DNA of 32,000 nt, from assembly GCF_001564455.1 (NCBI RefSeq), contig NZ_CP011391.1, positions 2,220,001 through 2,252,000 on the forward strand, given 5' to 3'. Both the position numbers and the translations under genes were made by a program. Below are positions 15,671-23,530 of this stretch, piece after piece (the first letter of the stretch is position 1; every line of letters begins with the position of its first letter). The stretch is from Faecalibaculum rodentium. Its GTDB lineage: Bacteria; Bacillota_I; Bacilli_A; Erysipelotrichales; Erysipelotrichaceae. The notes beneath the pieces are model-generated. The model was not told the DNA's origin, ran no database searches, and worked only from the letters and a program-made list of their open reading frames with translations.

Positions 15671-16431
15671 TGGCCATTGATGTGGGGAACACGAACATCA
15701 CGATCGGGTTCTATGACGGGGATGACCTGGTGGCGACAAAGCGGGCCAGCACGGCGGAACGGCGCACGAGCGATGAAATCGCGGTGCTGCTCTATGCGTT
15801 CATGGACCTGGCACAAATCCTGCCGGATCAGATCGATGCGGTGATCGTGTCCAGCGTGGTGCCGAAGATCATGCATTCGCTGAAGAACGCCATTGTGAAG
15901 TACCTGCACCTGGAGCCGCTGATCGTAGGCCCGGGGATCCGGACGGGAATCAGCGTGCAGCTGGACAACCCCCGGTCTGTGGGGGCCGACCGGATCGCAG
16001 ACTGCGCCGGGGCATATCACACCTATGGCGGGCCGATCCTGGTGGTGGATTTCGGGACGGCCACGACGTATGACTATGTGGATGCGGACGGTGTGTTCCG
16101 TGCGGGTGCCATTTCGGTGGGCATCGAGTCGGGAGCGAATGCGCTGTGGGGACGCACGGCACAGCTGCCGGAGGTGGAGATCCGCAAGCCGGAGACGATC
16201 CTGGCGCGCAACACCGCAACAGAGATGCAGGCCGGGATCTTCTTCCAGTTTCTGGGGGGCTTCGAGACGACGGTGAAGCAGTACCGGCGGGAGCTGAAGA
16301 CGGATTTCCGGGTCATTGCGACGGGTGGCCTGGGGCGCGTGATCTGCGGGGCGACGGATATGATCGATGTCTATGACCCGGATCTGATTTTCAAGGGGCT
16401 CAAGACGATTTACGACAAGAACCAGGACTGA
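15664..16431 (+). CDS. coaX: type III pantothenate kinase
   Basis: MLMAIDVGNTNITIG, VDFGTATTYD, ATGGLG. Overlaps the coaBC stop. Confidence 0.95.
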   Translation: MLMAIDVGNTNITIGFYDGDDLVATKRASTAERRTSDEIAVLLYAFMDLAQILPDQIDAVIVSSVVPKIMHSLKNAIVKYLHLEPLIVGPGIRTGISVQLDNPRSVGADRIADCAGAYHTYGGPILVVDFGTATTYDYVDADGVFRAGAISVGIESGANALWGRTAQLPEVEIRKPETILARNTATEMQAGIFFQFLGGFETTVKQYRRELKTDFRVIATGGLGRVICGATDMIDVYDPDLIFKGLKTIYDKNQD

Positions 16432-16433
16432 TG

Positions 16434-16508
16434 AAAACAGGCTGCATGCCTGTCCTTGACGCTGATGAGGCAGAGGGGCAGGAGAAAGCGGCCTGTTTTT
16501 TTGTTTTC
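16434..16508 (+). terminator. long-hairpin terminator after coaX
   Basis: AAAACAGGC (16434-16442) pairs with GCCTGTTTT (16491-16499). There is an inner CCTGTCC/GGGCAGG helix, followed by TTTTTTTGTTTTC. Confidence 0.5.
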
Positions 16509-16629
16509 TGGTTGCGGAATCGCGAAGGGTTGACGGCGTCAGCTGTGCAGAACAGGGTGTAAGCAACACCCCGCCAGGCATAAGGCTTCTGCCCAGGCAG
16601 ATGCACTGCCAGCCGGGGTGGGAGTGGCT

Positions 16630-16664
16630 GAGGTATCCGGCAGCGCGCGCCGGGCCTCTTTTTT
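16630..16664 (+). terminator. strong GC-rich hairpin plus T6 with no annotated upstream gene
   Basis: GAGG-tat-CCGGC-agcgcgc-GCCGG-g-CCTC followed by TTTTTT. Confidence 0.6.
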
Positions 16665-16798
16665 ACGTGACTGATTACATCCAGCAGGGAGTGTTTCACC
16701 GGCAAAGAGCAGGAAAAAGATCCGTTTTCATTGCGGATAGCTATAAAAACAGCTGTATCGAGAACAGGAGGCGGATCTATGATGTTTATACCCATGCC

Positions 16799-17017
16799 AT
16801 GATTTCCATTACTGAGGTAAATCAAAATTTCAGGGCAGCTGCAAAACTGGCTGATAAGAAAGGAACATTGACTATCATGAAAAACAATAGACCTGCTTAT
16901 GTCCTGACTGCTTTCAAGGAGGACCAGATTACCTTCCCGACAAGTCAGGAGGTTGAGGATGCTGCAGATAAGTTTCTGGAAAAATATAGTAATGATTTCG
17001 GGAAAATGGCAGAATAG
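16799..17017 (+). CDS. Phd/YefM-family antitoxin (72 aa)
   Basis: MISITEVNQNFRAAAKLADKKGTLTIMKNNRPAYVLTAF fits the Phd N-terminal pattern. It is followed immediately (stop TAG 17015-17017, ATG 17018) by Doc-like sequence. Confidence 0.75.
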   Translation: MISITEVNQNFRAAAKLADKKGTLTIMKNNRPAYVLTAFKEDQITFPTSQEVEDAADKFLEKYSNDFGKMAE

Positions 17018-17328
17018 ATGAACTATCCATCCATTGCAAATATACTTCAGCTTCATCATAAAGCCATTCTGCACGATGGAGGAGAAGATGGAATCAGGGA
17101 CCAGGGATGGCCTGAGCGTGCCTGTTATGCACCATTGGCATCCTTCTGATTCGTAGAAGCTTATCCTTCGACAGTTGAAAAAGCGGTCAGATCAAAAAGC
17201 ACCCATTTGCAGATGGCAACAAAAGAGTGGGTTCATTAGTCCTGCTGTTATTTCTGGATCTTAACATACCGGTCAGGTGTGTCGACATAAAATGCAAAAG
17301 GCCCACCATATGGCGGGCGCTCTTGTAG
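17018..17328 (+). pseudogene. doc: Doc (death-on-curing, Fic-fold) toxin pseudogene
   Basis: MNYPSIANILQLHHKAILHDGGEDGIRDQG..APLASF, then an in-frame TGA (17147-17149), then FVEAYPSTVEKA. The Fic/Doc motif KHPFADGNKRVGSLVLLLFLDLN (from 17200) sits in a different frame after an apparent short deletion. Doc-like sequence ends near 17275. Confidence 0.8.
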
Positions 17329-17442
17329 AAAGTTTTAAGAAAGGGAATTTGATTATGAAGTGAGCCTCTATCCTTGGCTCACATAGAATATACCAAAGCA
17401 CTATGTTTTGATTGCAGCCGCATTGTGTGATTTTATGTGATT
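17327..17442. repeat. 116-bp direct repeat, copy A (56-bp identical core plus diverged tail)
   Basis: Core 17327-17382 is identical to 17618-17673. It contains ATG-AAG-TGA and the hairpin GTGAGCC-9nt-GGCTCAC. The tail ends CATTGTGTGATTTTATGTGATT. Confidence 0.9.
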
Positions 17443-17587
17443 TAGATTGAACCGGGTTTGATATTTCAAGGATTCGCAATATTTACTGCAGTCAACAATT
17501 TCCCGGCGTTAAATTCCAGCATTCTTTACCACAGGCAATGATTTCCCGCGGTAAACAGAGTTTTGTTCCATTCTGTTCCCCTGAAGT

Positions 17588-17611
17588 TAGAAAAGAGACC
17601 TTGCGGTCTCT
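17588..17611 (-). terminator. terminator-like hairpin in the 3' region of the histidine phosphatase gene
   Basis: Minus strand: AGAGACC-GCAA-GGTCTCT followed by TTTCTAACTT. Confidence 0.45.
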
Positions 17612-17617
17612 AATCTA

Positions 17618-17733
17618 AGAAAGTTTTAAGAAAGGGAATTTGATTATGAAGTGAGCCTCTATCCTTGGCTCACCTATAAGATACCAGCCTGGTATGGTAA
17701 TATAAACGCCACATTGTGTGATACTGTGTGATT
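17618..17733. repeat. 116-bp direct repeat, copy B
   Basis: Same core. The tail CATTGTGTGATACTGTGTGATT runs into the stop codon (17732-17734) of the histidine phosphatase gene. The period between copies is 291 bp. Confidence 0.9.
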
Positions 17734-18361
17734 ATTCTTTACCGTGTTCATTGTTCCGGATCTCCTGCAGCCGCAGAATTTCACCGTCCCAGTCAAAGAT
17801 CAGCAGGCACCCGTTCTGGAACCATTCGGGCTGCTGGTCACACTCTGCAAAGGTAAGAATGAGACTCGCCGCAATGCCATGGGTGATCCCCACCGCCGTT
17901 TCGCCATCCGGGGTTTTGGACAGGACATAGCCAATGGCTTTGGCCAGCCGGTCCCTGGCCTCTGCCAGGTCCTCGGCTCCATAAGCCGGGAGTTCATCCC
18001 AGCCCGGTGCATCCGCTCCGGGTTTTCCGTCGAACTCCCCGAAGGAATACTCCCGCAGCGCCGGCAGGGCCATGCGCTGTGCATACGGCAGCACAATACC
18101 CGCAGACTCCACAGCCCGACCCAGGTCGCTGCACCAGATCACGTCCGGCTGCACACCCATGTGCTTCAGTTCCAGCCCGGAACGGGCCATCTGCCGCTTC
18201 CCTTCCTCCGTCAGCGGTGAATCGCTCCAGCCCTGGAGTCTGTGCTGTGTGTTGAATTCGGTCTGTCCGTGACGGATCAGGATCAGCCGTTTGTGTCTCG
18301 TTGCGACTTGAGGCGTTTTTTCTCTGCCTGTTTCCATGCCTCCAGTTTCTCCTTCCGGCAT
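17732..18361 (-). CDS. histidine phosphatase family protein (phosphoglycerate-mutase-like)
   Basis: RLILIRHGQTEFNTQHRLQGWSDSPLTEEGKRQ (RHG motif). The start is uncertain (18361 or 18337). Either overlaps the 3' end of nth. Confidence 0.85.
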   Translation of the reverse strand: MPEGETGGMETGREKTPQVATRHKRLILIRHGQTEFNTQHRLQGWSDSPLTEEGKRQMARSGLELKHMGVQPDVIWCSDLGRAVESAGIVLPYAQRMALPALREYSFGEFDGKPGADAPGWDELPAYGAEDLAEARDRLAKAIGYVLSKTPDGETAVGITHGIAASLILTFAECDQQPEWFQNGCLLIFDWDGEILRLQEIRNNEHGKE

Positions 18362-19062
18362 ATCCTGCCAAAGGGGCAGTCCGCACAGCGGGGATTGCGC
18401 GCTGTGCAGAAATACCGCCCGAAAAAGATCATTTCGTGATGCGCCCGGTTCCAGAGATCCCGGCTGATCTTGCGCTTGAGTTTTTCCTCGACCTTCTCCA
18501 CGGAATCCTGGGGCCTGGCCAGGCCGAGGCGCTTGGAGATCCGGTCAACGTGGGTGTCCACCGCGAAGCTGGGGATGTCAAAGGCCACACTGCGCACCAC
18601 ATTGGCGGTTTTGCGGCCGACACCCGGCAGGGCTTCGAGCTGTTTCCGGTTCGAAGGCACCTGCCCCTGGTACTTGTCTTCCAGCTCCCTGGCAAGCGCC
18701 GCGATGTTTTTCGCCTTTGTCCGGTACAGGCCAATGGTCTGGATATACGGTTCCAGGTCCGCCGGTTCGGCTCTGGACATGGCATCCGCATTGGGGTACG
18801 CCGCAAACAGCGTCGGTGTGACTTTGTTCACAGCCGCATCGGTGGTCTGCGCCGAGAGCACCACCGCCACCAGGAGCTGGAAGGGCGATTCATGGTGCAG
18901 CTCGCACTCGGCATCCGGGAAGATCTTCTCGATCTCGTGAATGATCTCGTCTCCGTACCGCGTGGATTTCGACGGTGTCTGCACCAGGCTGTCGCTGCCT
19001 GGTGTGGCCTGATCTGCATCGGCACCGGGCAGGGCGGCAGTCTGGCGGTTATCTTCGTTCAT
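18283..19062 (-). CDS. nth: endonuclease III
   Basis: LVAVVLSAQTTDAAVNKVT, HhH-GPD LPGVGRKTANVV, VDTHVDRISKRLGL, and the Fe-S cluster CTARNPRCADCPFGRIC. Confidence 0.95.
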   Translation of the reverse strand: MNEDNRQTAALPGADADQATPGSDSLVQTPSKSTRYGDEIIHEIEKIFPDAECELHHESPFQLLVAVVLSAQTTDAAVNKVTPTLFAAYPNADAMSRAEPADLEPYIQTIGLYRTKAKNIAALARELEDKYQGQVPSNRKQLEALPGVGRKTANVVRSVAFDIPSFAVDTHVDRISKRLGLARPQDSVEKVEEKLKRKISRDLWNRAHHEMIFFGRYFCTARNPRCADCPFGRICRKEKLEAWKQAEKKRLKSQRDTNG

Positions 19063-19606
19063 TGCGGTAGCCTTTCCGCAGGTCTTCCGTGCTCAGGCCC
19101 TTCTGCTGCCAGGAAGCCAGGACCCGTTCGATGTAGTTGGTGTCGGGGTGTCCGTAGGCAATGGCTTCATCCAGTGCCAGCAGCACCCGGTCCTCGCCGT
19201 AGGCCGCGGCCATGTCTATGATGCGCTGCATTTCCTGGCTTGAGAGCGTCCTGGCAAAGGCATCCTCGAATTCCTGGATGAGGCTTCTGGCCAGAGGCTG
19301 TCCCACCGACAGGCCCCGGTCATAGACCCCCTGGGTGAGGAAGCGGACTTTGCCGTTTTCCATCGCAAAGTCCAGGAATCCCTTGTCGCTCAGGTCCCCC
19401 AGTGTCTGCTCCGCCTGGGCTGTGGTGATGCCCAGTTTTTCGCACAGAATGTCATGAGACACAGGAATCTGTGCCTTGTTGAGATATTCGATCATCAGAA
19501 GCGTCAAAGCCTCCAGATGTGACAGGTGCAGAGATTCCAGGTGGCCCAGGATCCACATCGTGTGGTCTATCCAGGGGCTGTTCCAGTCGTTGCTGCTGTT
19601 GTTCAA
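19049..19606 (-). CDS. DnaD domain-containing replication protein
   Basis: TTG start. FEDAFARTLSSQEMQRIIDMAAAYGEDRVLLALDEAIAYGHPDTNYIERVLASWQQKGLST fits the DnaD C-terminal domain. It sits directly upstream of nth, as in B. subtilis dnaD-nth. Confidence 0.8.
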   Translation of the reverse strand: MNNSSNDWNSPWIDHTMWILGHLESLHLSHLEALTLLMIEYLNKAQIPVSHDILCEKLGITTAQAEQTLGDLSDKGFLDFAMENGKVRFLTQGVYDRGLSVGQPLARSLIQEFEDAFARTLSSQEMQRIIDMAAAYGEDRVLLALDEAIAYGHPDTNYIERVLASWQQKGLSTEDLRKGYRNERR

Positions 19607-20088
19607 TCCTTGTCCTCTCTTTCGTAGATCCGCGTCAGGGTGTCATAATCCAGCATGAGCAGCTTCCCCGATCCATGGAGTTCGTACACCGGACTGTCGT
19701 AGCCGAATGCCAGTTCGATGGAATCCGCCTCTATGTTGTAGTTCTCCTTCGCGTTTTCCTTCGCCGCATCGTAGTCCAGTGTCTCTATGCCCCGGGTCGT
19801 GAGCTGCCCGCCGTTGTTGTCGAACCAGTACAGTGTTTCCTCTGTATAGCCCTGCCACGTGACGTATGCAAAAATATTCTGTTCCAGTCCCCGGATCCCG
19901 GGAACGGCTTCCCGGATCACCTGCTCCGTTGCCGCAAGCTGGGCATCGTGCAGGCGCACCGGGCCGGATATAAAGAGGGCCCAGAACACGGAAACCAGTC
20001 CGATGGCCAGGGCCCAGAGAAATATGGTGACGGAAAAGCCGAATGTCTGCGGCTTCTTCCCTGTTTTCTTTCTGTTTTTTGCTGGCAT
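19603..20088 (-). CDS. membrane-anchored PepSY-like protein, TseB/YpmB-like
   Basis: Start re-picked at MPAKNRKKTGKK (ATG 20088). One TM (FSVTIFLWALAIGLVSVFWALFI). The ectodomain carries ...YVTWQGYTEETLYWFDNNGGQL...IELAFGYDSPVYELHG. The position matches ypmB upstream of dnaD in Bacillus. Confidence 0.55.
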   Translation of the reverse strand: MPAKNRKKTGKKPQTFGFSVTIFLWALAIGLVSVFWALFISGPVRLHDAQLAATEQVIREAVPGIRGLEQNIFAYVTWQGYTEETLYWFDNNGGQLTTRGIETLDYDAAKENAKENYNIEADSIELAFGYDSPVYELHGSGKLLMLDYDTLTRIYEREDKD

Positions 20089-20119
20089 CGGTTTTATTAT
20101 ACCGCCTTGCCGGCGTCTG

Positions 20120-20542
20120 TCATCCGCCTGGGTGTCCCGCTTTGCGGCTCTCCAGCAGGATGTATCCCGTAAACTGCCTGCACACCACTTCCAGGTAGGT
20201 GCTGCCCGCCGGCAGCTGCACCTCCTGCTGGAAATACCCCGGGTACTTGCAGACGACGGTCCGGGTTTTGCCATTGGTCAGGTCAATGGAGATCTCCCCG
20301 CCCTGCTGGTCGATGCGGCCGGTGAGCATCACCGTGCGGGGCTCCTTCAGGGCGGCCCCGAACACCGGTTCCTTCAGTGTCAGGTCCTCTCCCTGGAGTT
20401 CATAGGTGCCCGTCACGCGGTCACTGCCGCCGGTGCGCCTGCCTGTGTACAGCAGGTTCTGCACCAGGGGCGAGGTAATGGCCAGGCTCGCGGTCACCAC
20501 CGCTGCGGCCAGCAGGACAAGCCATAGAATGCGTTTCTTCAT
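20120..20542 (-). CDS. small exported hypothetical protein (140 aa)
   Basis: Start re-picked at MKKRILWLVLLAAAVVTASLA (SD GGAG). No family recognised. Confidence 0.5.
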   Translation of the reverse strand: MKKRILWLVLLAAAVVTASLAITSPLVQNLLYTGRRTGGSDRVTGTYELQGEDLTLKEPVFGAALKEPRTVMLTGRIDQQGGEISIDLTNGKTRTVVCKYPGYFQQEVQLPAGSTYLEVVCRQFTGYILLESRKAGHPGG

Positions 20543-20659
20543 GGCTCCAGCATACCCGCCGCAGGAGGCAGTCACCCTAACAGCTGTGAAAGACAGGATC
20601 CGCCATCATCGGCAGCATCGGCAGCATTGGCAGGACGGACAGAACCGGCATGCTGCGTG

Positions 20660-20720
20660 ATCGAGTAGGTGTCATCAGACCCTCTCACACCACCCAGCGT
20701 GCCGTTCGGCACTGGGCGGT
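20660..20720 (-). ncRNA. predicted intron domains V and VI
   Basis: DV (20720-20689): ACCGCCCAG-UGCC-GAAC-GGCA-[CG]-CUGGGUGGU. It has a 2-nt 3'-strand bulge and a CGC triad whose G forms a G-U pair. DVI (20686-20663): GAGAGG-11nt-CCU[A]CUC, with the branch A at 20666. Confidence 0.55.
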
Positions 20721-22034
20721 TCGTACAAATGATTTCATGAACCTTTCTGCCACCGTATCGAAGTATTCCTCTATGGTCAGGAGGCCTTTCTTCTTCAGGT
20801 GTATATTTCTGATATACTTGTTCAGGAACGTGACTGCACAACGGACACATCCTTGTCGTGCACACGCATATGAGTGAGCCTTGTCTCTGGGACATCCCAG
20901 TTTGATGAGGCTCTCTTCTTTTTTCCTGATGCTTTTCCACTGCTTCCAGATAATGGCCCTGATTCTTCTCCGGAGCTTGCTGTCCAGTTTGCGCACCGTT
21001 TCTTTATACAGCCATGCACACCTGAAATAATTGCTCCATCCCCTGATGACCTGATTGATTTTTTCAATCCTCTCCTCAAGAGATACGCTCCAGTTCCGTT
21101 TTGTCAGCTTCATTATCTTCTGCTCGAACTCATGAATGGACTTCTCATGCGGTATCGCCTTCCATTCCCTTTTGTTCCTTTTGAAGCCAAACCCCAGATA
21201 TTTCACTTCATCCGGTCTGGCCACTTTCGATTTTGAAGCATTCACTTCCAGCTTCAGCTTCTTTTCAAGATAGTTGCTGAATGACTTCATCACTCTGTTG
21301 GCGGCGGCTTCCGACTTCACATAGATGAGCATATCGTCTGCGTATCTCGTGAATCTCAGCCCTCTGCTTTCCAGTTCCTTGTCGGCCTGGTCCAGATAGA
21401 TGTTGGCCAGTATCGGTGAAAGCGGTCCTCCCTGTGGGATACCCCTTTCCGTCCTGGTCAGTTTGCCGTCTATCATGACTCCTGCCCTGACGAATTTCCT
21501 CGTCAGGGCAGTTATATCTCTGTTGTGAAACAGGTTGTCTATCAGTCGTATCAGTCTGTCCTGGTCCACCGTGTCGAAGAATTTCCTCAGGTCGATGTCG
21601 ACGATCCAGTCATACCCGTCGTTCATGAACTCAAGGCCTTTCAGTATCGCCTGTTCACATCTCCTGTTCTTCCTGAACCCGTATGAGCTGTTGCTCATCT
21701 CGAAGTCCTTCCTATAATCCAGATAGTTTGCCAGACAGGCCTGTATGACTCTATCTCTGGCAGCCGGGACATTGAGCCCCCGCATGCTCCCATCCGGTTT
21801 CGGGGTATCGGTCCTTTTGGCTGGCAGTGGTTTATAACTGCGGTCCAGTATCTGTTCCCGCAGTCGCTCCCAATACTCTCCGGGGCAGGCAGGAAGTTCT
21901 CTGGCTTTGACTCCATCTACCCCTGCAGCTCCATTGTTTCGCCGTACCTGTCTGCACGCATTGGTCAGGTTCTCCATGGAGAAGATTTCCTGTGTGCTCA
22001 GGTCTTCCGGCTGTATCAGTCTTATTTGGTCCAT
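20685..22034 (-). CDS. ltrA: group II intron reverse transcriptase/maturase (449 aa, no En domain)
   Basis: GAAGVDGV, SYGFRKNRRCEQA, DIDLRKFFDTVDQD, GIPQGGPLSPILANIYL, RYADDMLIY, LGFGF, and maturase X region RGWSNYF. Confidence 0.95.
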   Translation of the reverse strand: MDQIRLIQPEDLSTQEIFSMENLTNACRQVRRNNGAAGVDGVKARELPACPGEYWERLREQILDRSYKPLPAKRTDTPKPDGSMRGLNVPAARDRVIQACLANYLDYRKDFEMSNSSYGFRKNRRCEQAILKGLEFMNDGYDWIVDIDLRKFFDTVDQDRLIRLIDNLFHNRDITALTRKFVRAGVMIDGKLTRTERGIPQGGPLSPILANIYLDQADKELESRGLRFTRYADDMLIYVKSEAAANRVMKSFSNYLEKKLKLEVNASKSKVARPDEVKYLGFGFKRNKREWKAIPHEKSIHEFEQKIMKLTKRNWSVSLEERIEKINQVIRGWSNYFRCAWLYKETVRKLDSKLRRRIRAIIWKQWKSIRKKEESLIKLGCPRDKAHSYACARQGCVRCAVTFLNKYIRNIHLKKKGLLTIEEYFDTVAERFMKSFVRTAQCRTARWVV

Positions 22035-22571
22035 GACTGCCCCTTTCTTTCACGTGTTCCCGCACTGCCCTTCCTTACTCATCTTCAGGGGCTCTCTGGG
22101 TTTGTCCTTTCTCGGTTTTTCGTGCAGGAAGCATTCCTGATATTTGCAGTAAATTGTACGTTCGGCCCTTCACTCCATCCCCATTACAGGGACTTCCTCG
22201 TTACTATGGCCTCGGCTGACTTCCTGCCATTCGTTGTTACTGCGGAAGGCGTGTCATCGTGGCTTGATGGTTCCTTTCGCTGACAGGACCTCCCCGGGTA
22301 AGGTCATACATCTTTCATTCCATACACCTGCCGCATCTACCACAGACAGTCATCCGCAACTATTATGATTTGCGCTGTCTGGCACGCTCGTCTCCGTCTA
22401 TGGCCTTATATGCGATTCGTGTTCCTCAGGCCGGAACTTTGCCGCCGGGCTTCTTTCAGAACTCCTGTTACCAGAGAGCCCCTTGCCTTGGGCTAATGGT
22501 TAGCGGTTGCGATGATACGCTCCCATAGTGGACTTTCACCACCTAGATGTATGCCATGCCGGGCACACCAG

Positions 22572-22603
22572 AAAAAACCGGATCTTCATGCCTGAGGATC
22601 CGG
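22572..22603 (-). terminator. rho-independent terminator of yihY (intron target site)
   Basis: Minus strand: CCGGATC-CTCAGGCATGAA-GATCCGG-TTTTTT. The yihY stop codon lies in the loop. Confidence 0.8.
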
Positions 22604-23530
22604 CTGGGTCTCCTGTTTCCGTGCGAGGGTCTTAAGTTCCTTCCGTCGTTCGCGCAGAGAAGCCCGGAGCCACCAGAGGGCGTTGATTTCGCTGCCGGCC
22701 AGGAAAATCAGACCGGTGAGGTACAGCCACAGAAGGAGGATCACAAAGGCTCCCAGGGTGCCGTAGATGACGCTGTAGTCGCCGAAGTTCTCGACGTAGA
22801 AGGAAAAGGCGATGCTGGAAATCACCCAGGCAATGATGGAAAACACGATGCCGGGGAGCAGGGTCTTGAAGGGGACGCGGGTGGGGATCGAGCAGCGGTA
22901 GAGGATGATGAGGGCGATGCTCATGATGGCGGCAGCGATGAGGAAACGGCCGTATTGCCAGAGCGTCAAAAGGAAATCCGAGAGCCGGAGAGTCTGGGGT
23001 GGAAGCAGGGAAACGAGGAAGGTGATGACGTTGTGGCCCAGGATGATGAGGATCAGGCTCGCGGCCAGGGTGAGGGGAATGAGCAGGGTGCAGAGGATCT
23101 GCTTGAGGGTCCGCCGGATGAAGCTTTCCTCGGATTCCTGCCGGTAGGAGATCCGGATGCCGTCCATGAGGCTGCGGATGAAGCGCCAGGGGAAATAGAT
23201 GGAGAACACCAGGGCGAACATGAGGAGCTTCATGTCGAAGGTCCTTGTGACGTAGTCGAGGTAGCCCTTGAGCATATCGATCATGTCCCTTGGCAGGACA
23301 CGGGCGAGGAGGATATCCATGGTGGCGGTGTCAATGTGCAGGGAACCGATGATGAGGCTGAAGAGGATCAGGAGTGGGAAGATGGAGAACACGAGGTAGT
23401 ACGCGAGGGCTGCGGCACGGGTGGTGACTTCGTCTTTGGTGCAGCGGGTGAAGAGCCGCATGGCGGGACGCAGGCGGCGGATGATCGGCTTAAGGCGCCC
23501 GGCGAGTTTCGGGGGGAGCTGGATGGTCAT
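22586..23530 (-). CDS. YihY/BrkB (virulence factor BrkB / former RNase BN) family membrane protein
   Basis: Start re-picked at MTIQLPPKLAG (SD AAGGAG). AAALAYYLVFSIFPLLILF, and multiple TM segments throughout. Confidence 0.85.
   Translation of the reverse strand: MTIQLPPKLAGRLKPIIRRLRPAMRLFTRCTKDEVTTRAAALAYYLVFSIFPLLILFSLIIGSLHIDTATMDILLARVLPRDMIDMLKGYLDYVTRTFDMKLLMFALVFSIYFPWRFIRSLMDGIRISYRQESEESFIRRTLKQILCTLLIPLTLAASLILIILGHNVITFLVSLLPPQTLRLSDFLLTLWQYGRFLIAAAIMSIALIILYRCSIPTRVPFKTLLPGIVFSIIAWVISSIAFSFYVENFGDYSVIYGTLGAFVILLLWLYLTGLIFLAGSEINALWWLRASLRERRKELKTLARKQETQPDPQA

Larger units (their letters stand above)
20660..22568 (-). mobile_element. group II intron, class C-like (about 1.9 kb), inserted just downstream of the yihY terminator
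   Basis: The 5' end GTGTG (GUGYG) starts 3 nt after the terminator T-run. About 530 nt of structured 5' RNA (GGTGAAAGTCC, GCGAAAGG etc.) is followed by an RT/maturase ORF without an endonuclease domain. The 3' end has a domain V-like hairpin and a domain VI with a bulged A 7 nt before the ...CUCGAU end. Confidence 0.8.

Noticed and set aside
14300-16581. 402-aa and 413-aa minus-strand ORFs (14300..15508, 15340..16581) opposite coaBC and coaX
   Set aside because: Same antisense artefact: Arg/His/Pro/Leu-rich, non-ATG starts counted by the track, and opposite strongly supported genes.
17273-17479. 68-aa minus-strand ORF spanning repeat copy A
   Set aside because: It has no SD, crosses the repeat and hairpin, and has no counterpart over copy B.
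17327-17733. Possible CRISPR array (two identical 56-bp units)
   Set aside because: There are only two copies. The repeat is too long and the 235-bp spacer is far outside CRISPR dimensions. There are no cas genes. It is treated as a generic repeat instead.
18301-19221. 306-aa plus-strand ORF and several others across nth/dnaD
   Set aside because: Antisense to nth and dnaD, with no SD or motifs.
20608-20627. 9-nt tandem ATCGGCAGC x2 (+AT) just downstream of the intron
   Set aside because: It is real but very short. It lies in the 3' exon intergenic spacer with no obvious role, and is probably slippage.
20572-20940. 122-aa minus ORF and other small ORFs around the intron 3' end and 5' RNA (21832..22065, 22026..22283)
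   Set aside because: They overlap the RT gene out of frame or lie in the intron ribozyme domains. They are not coding.
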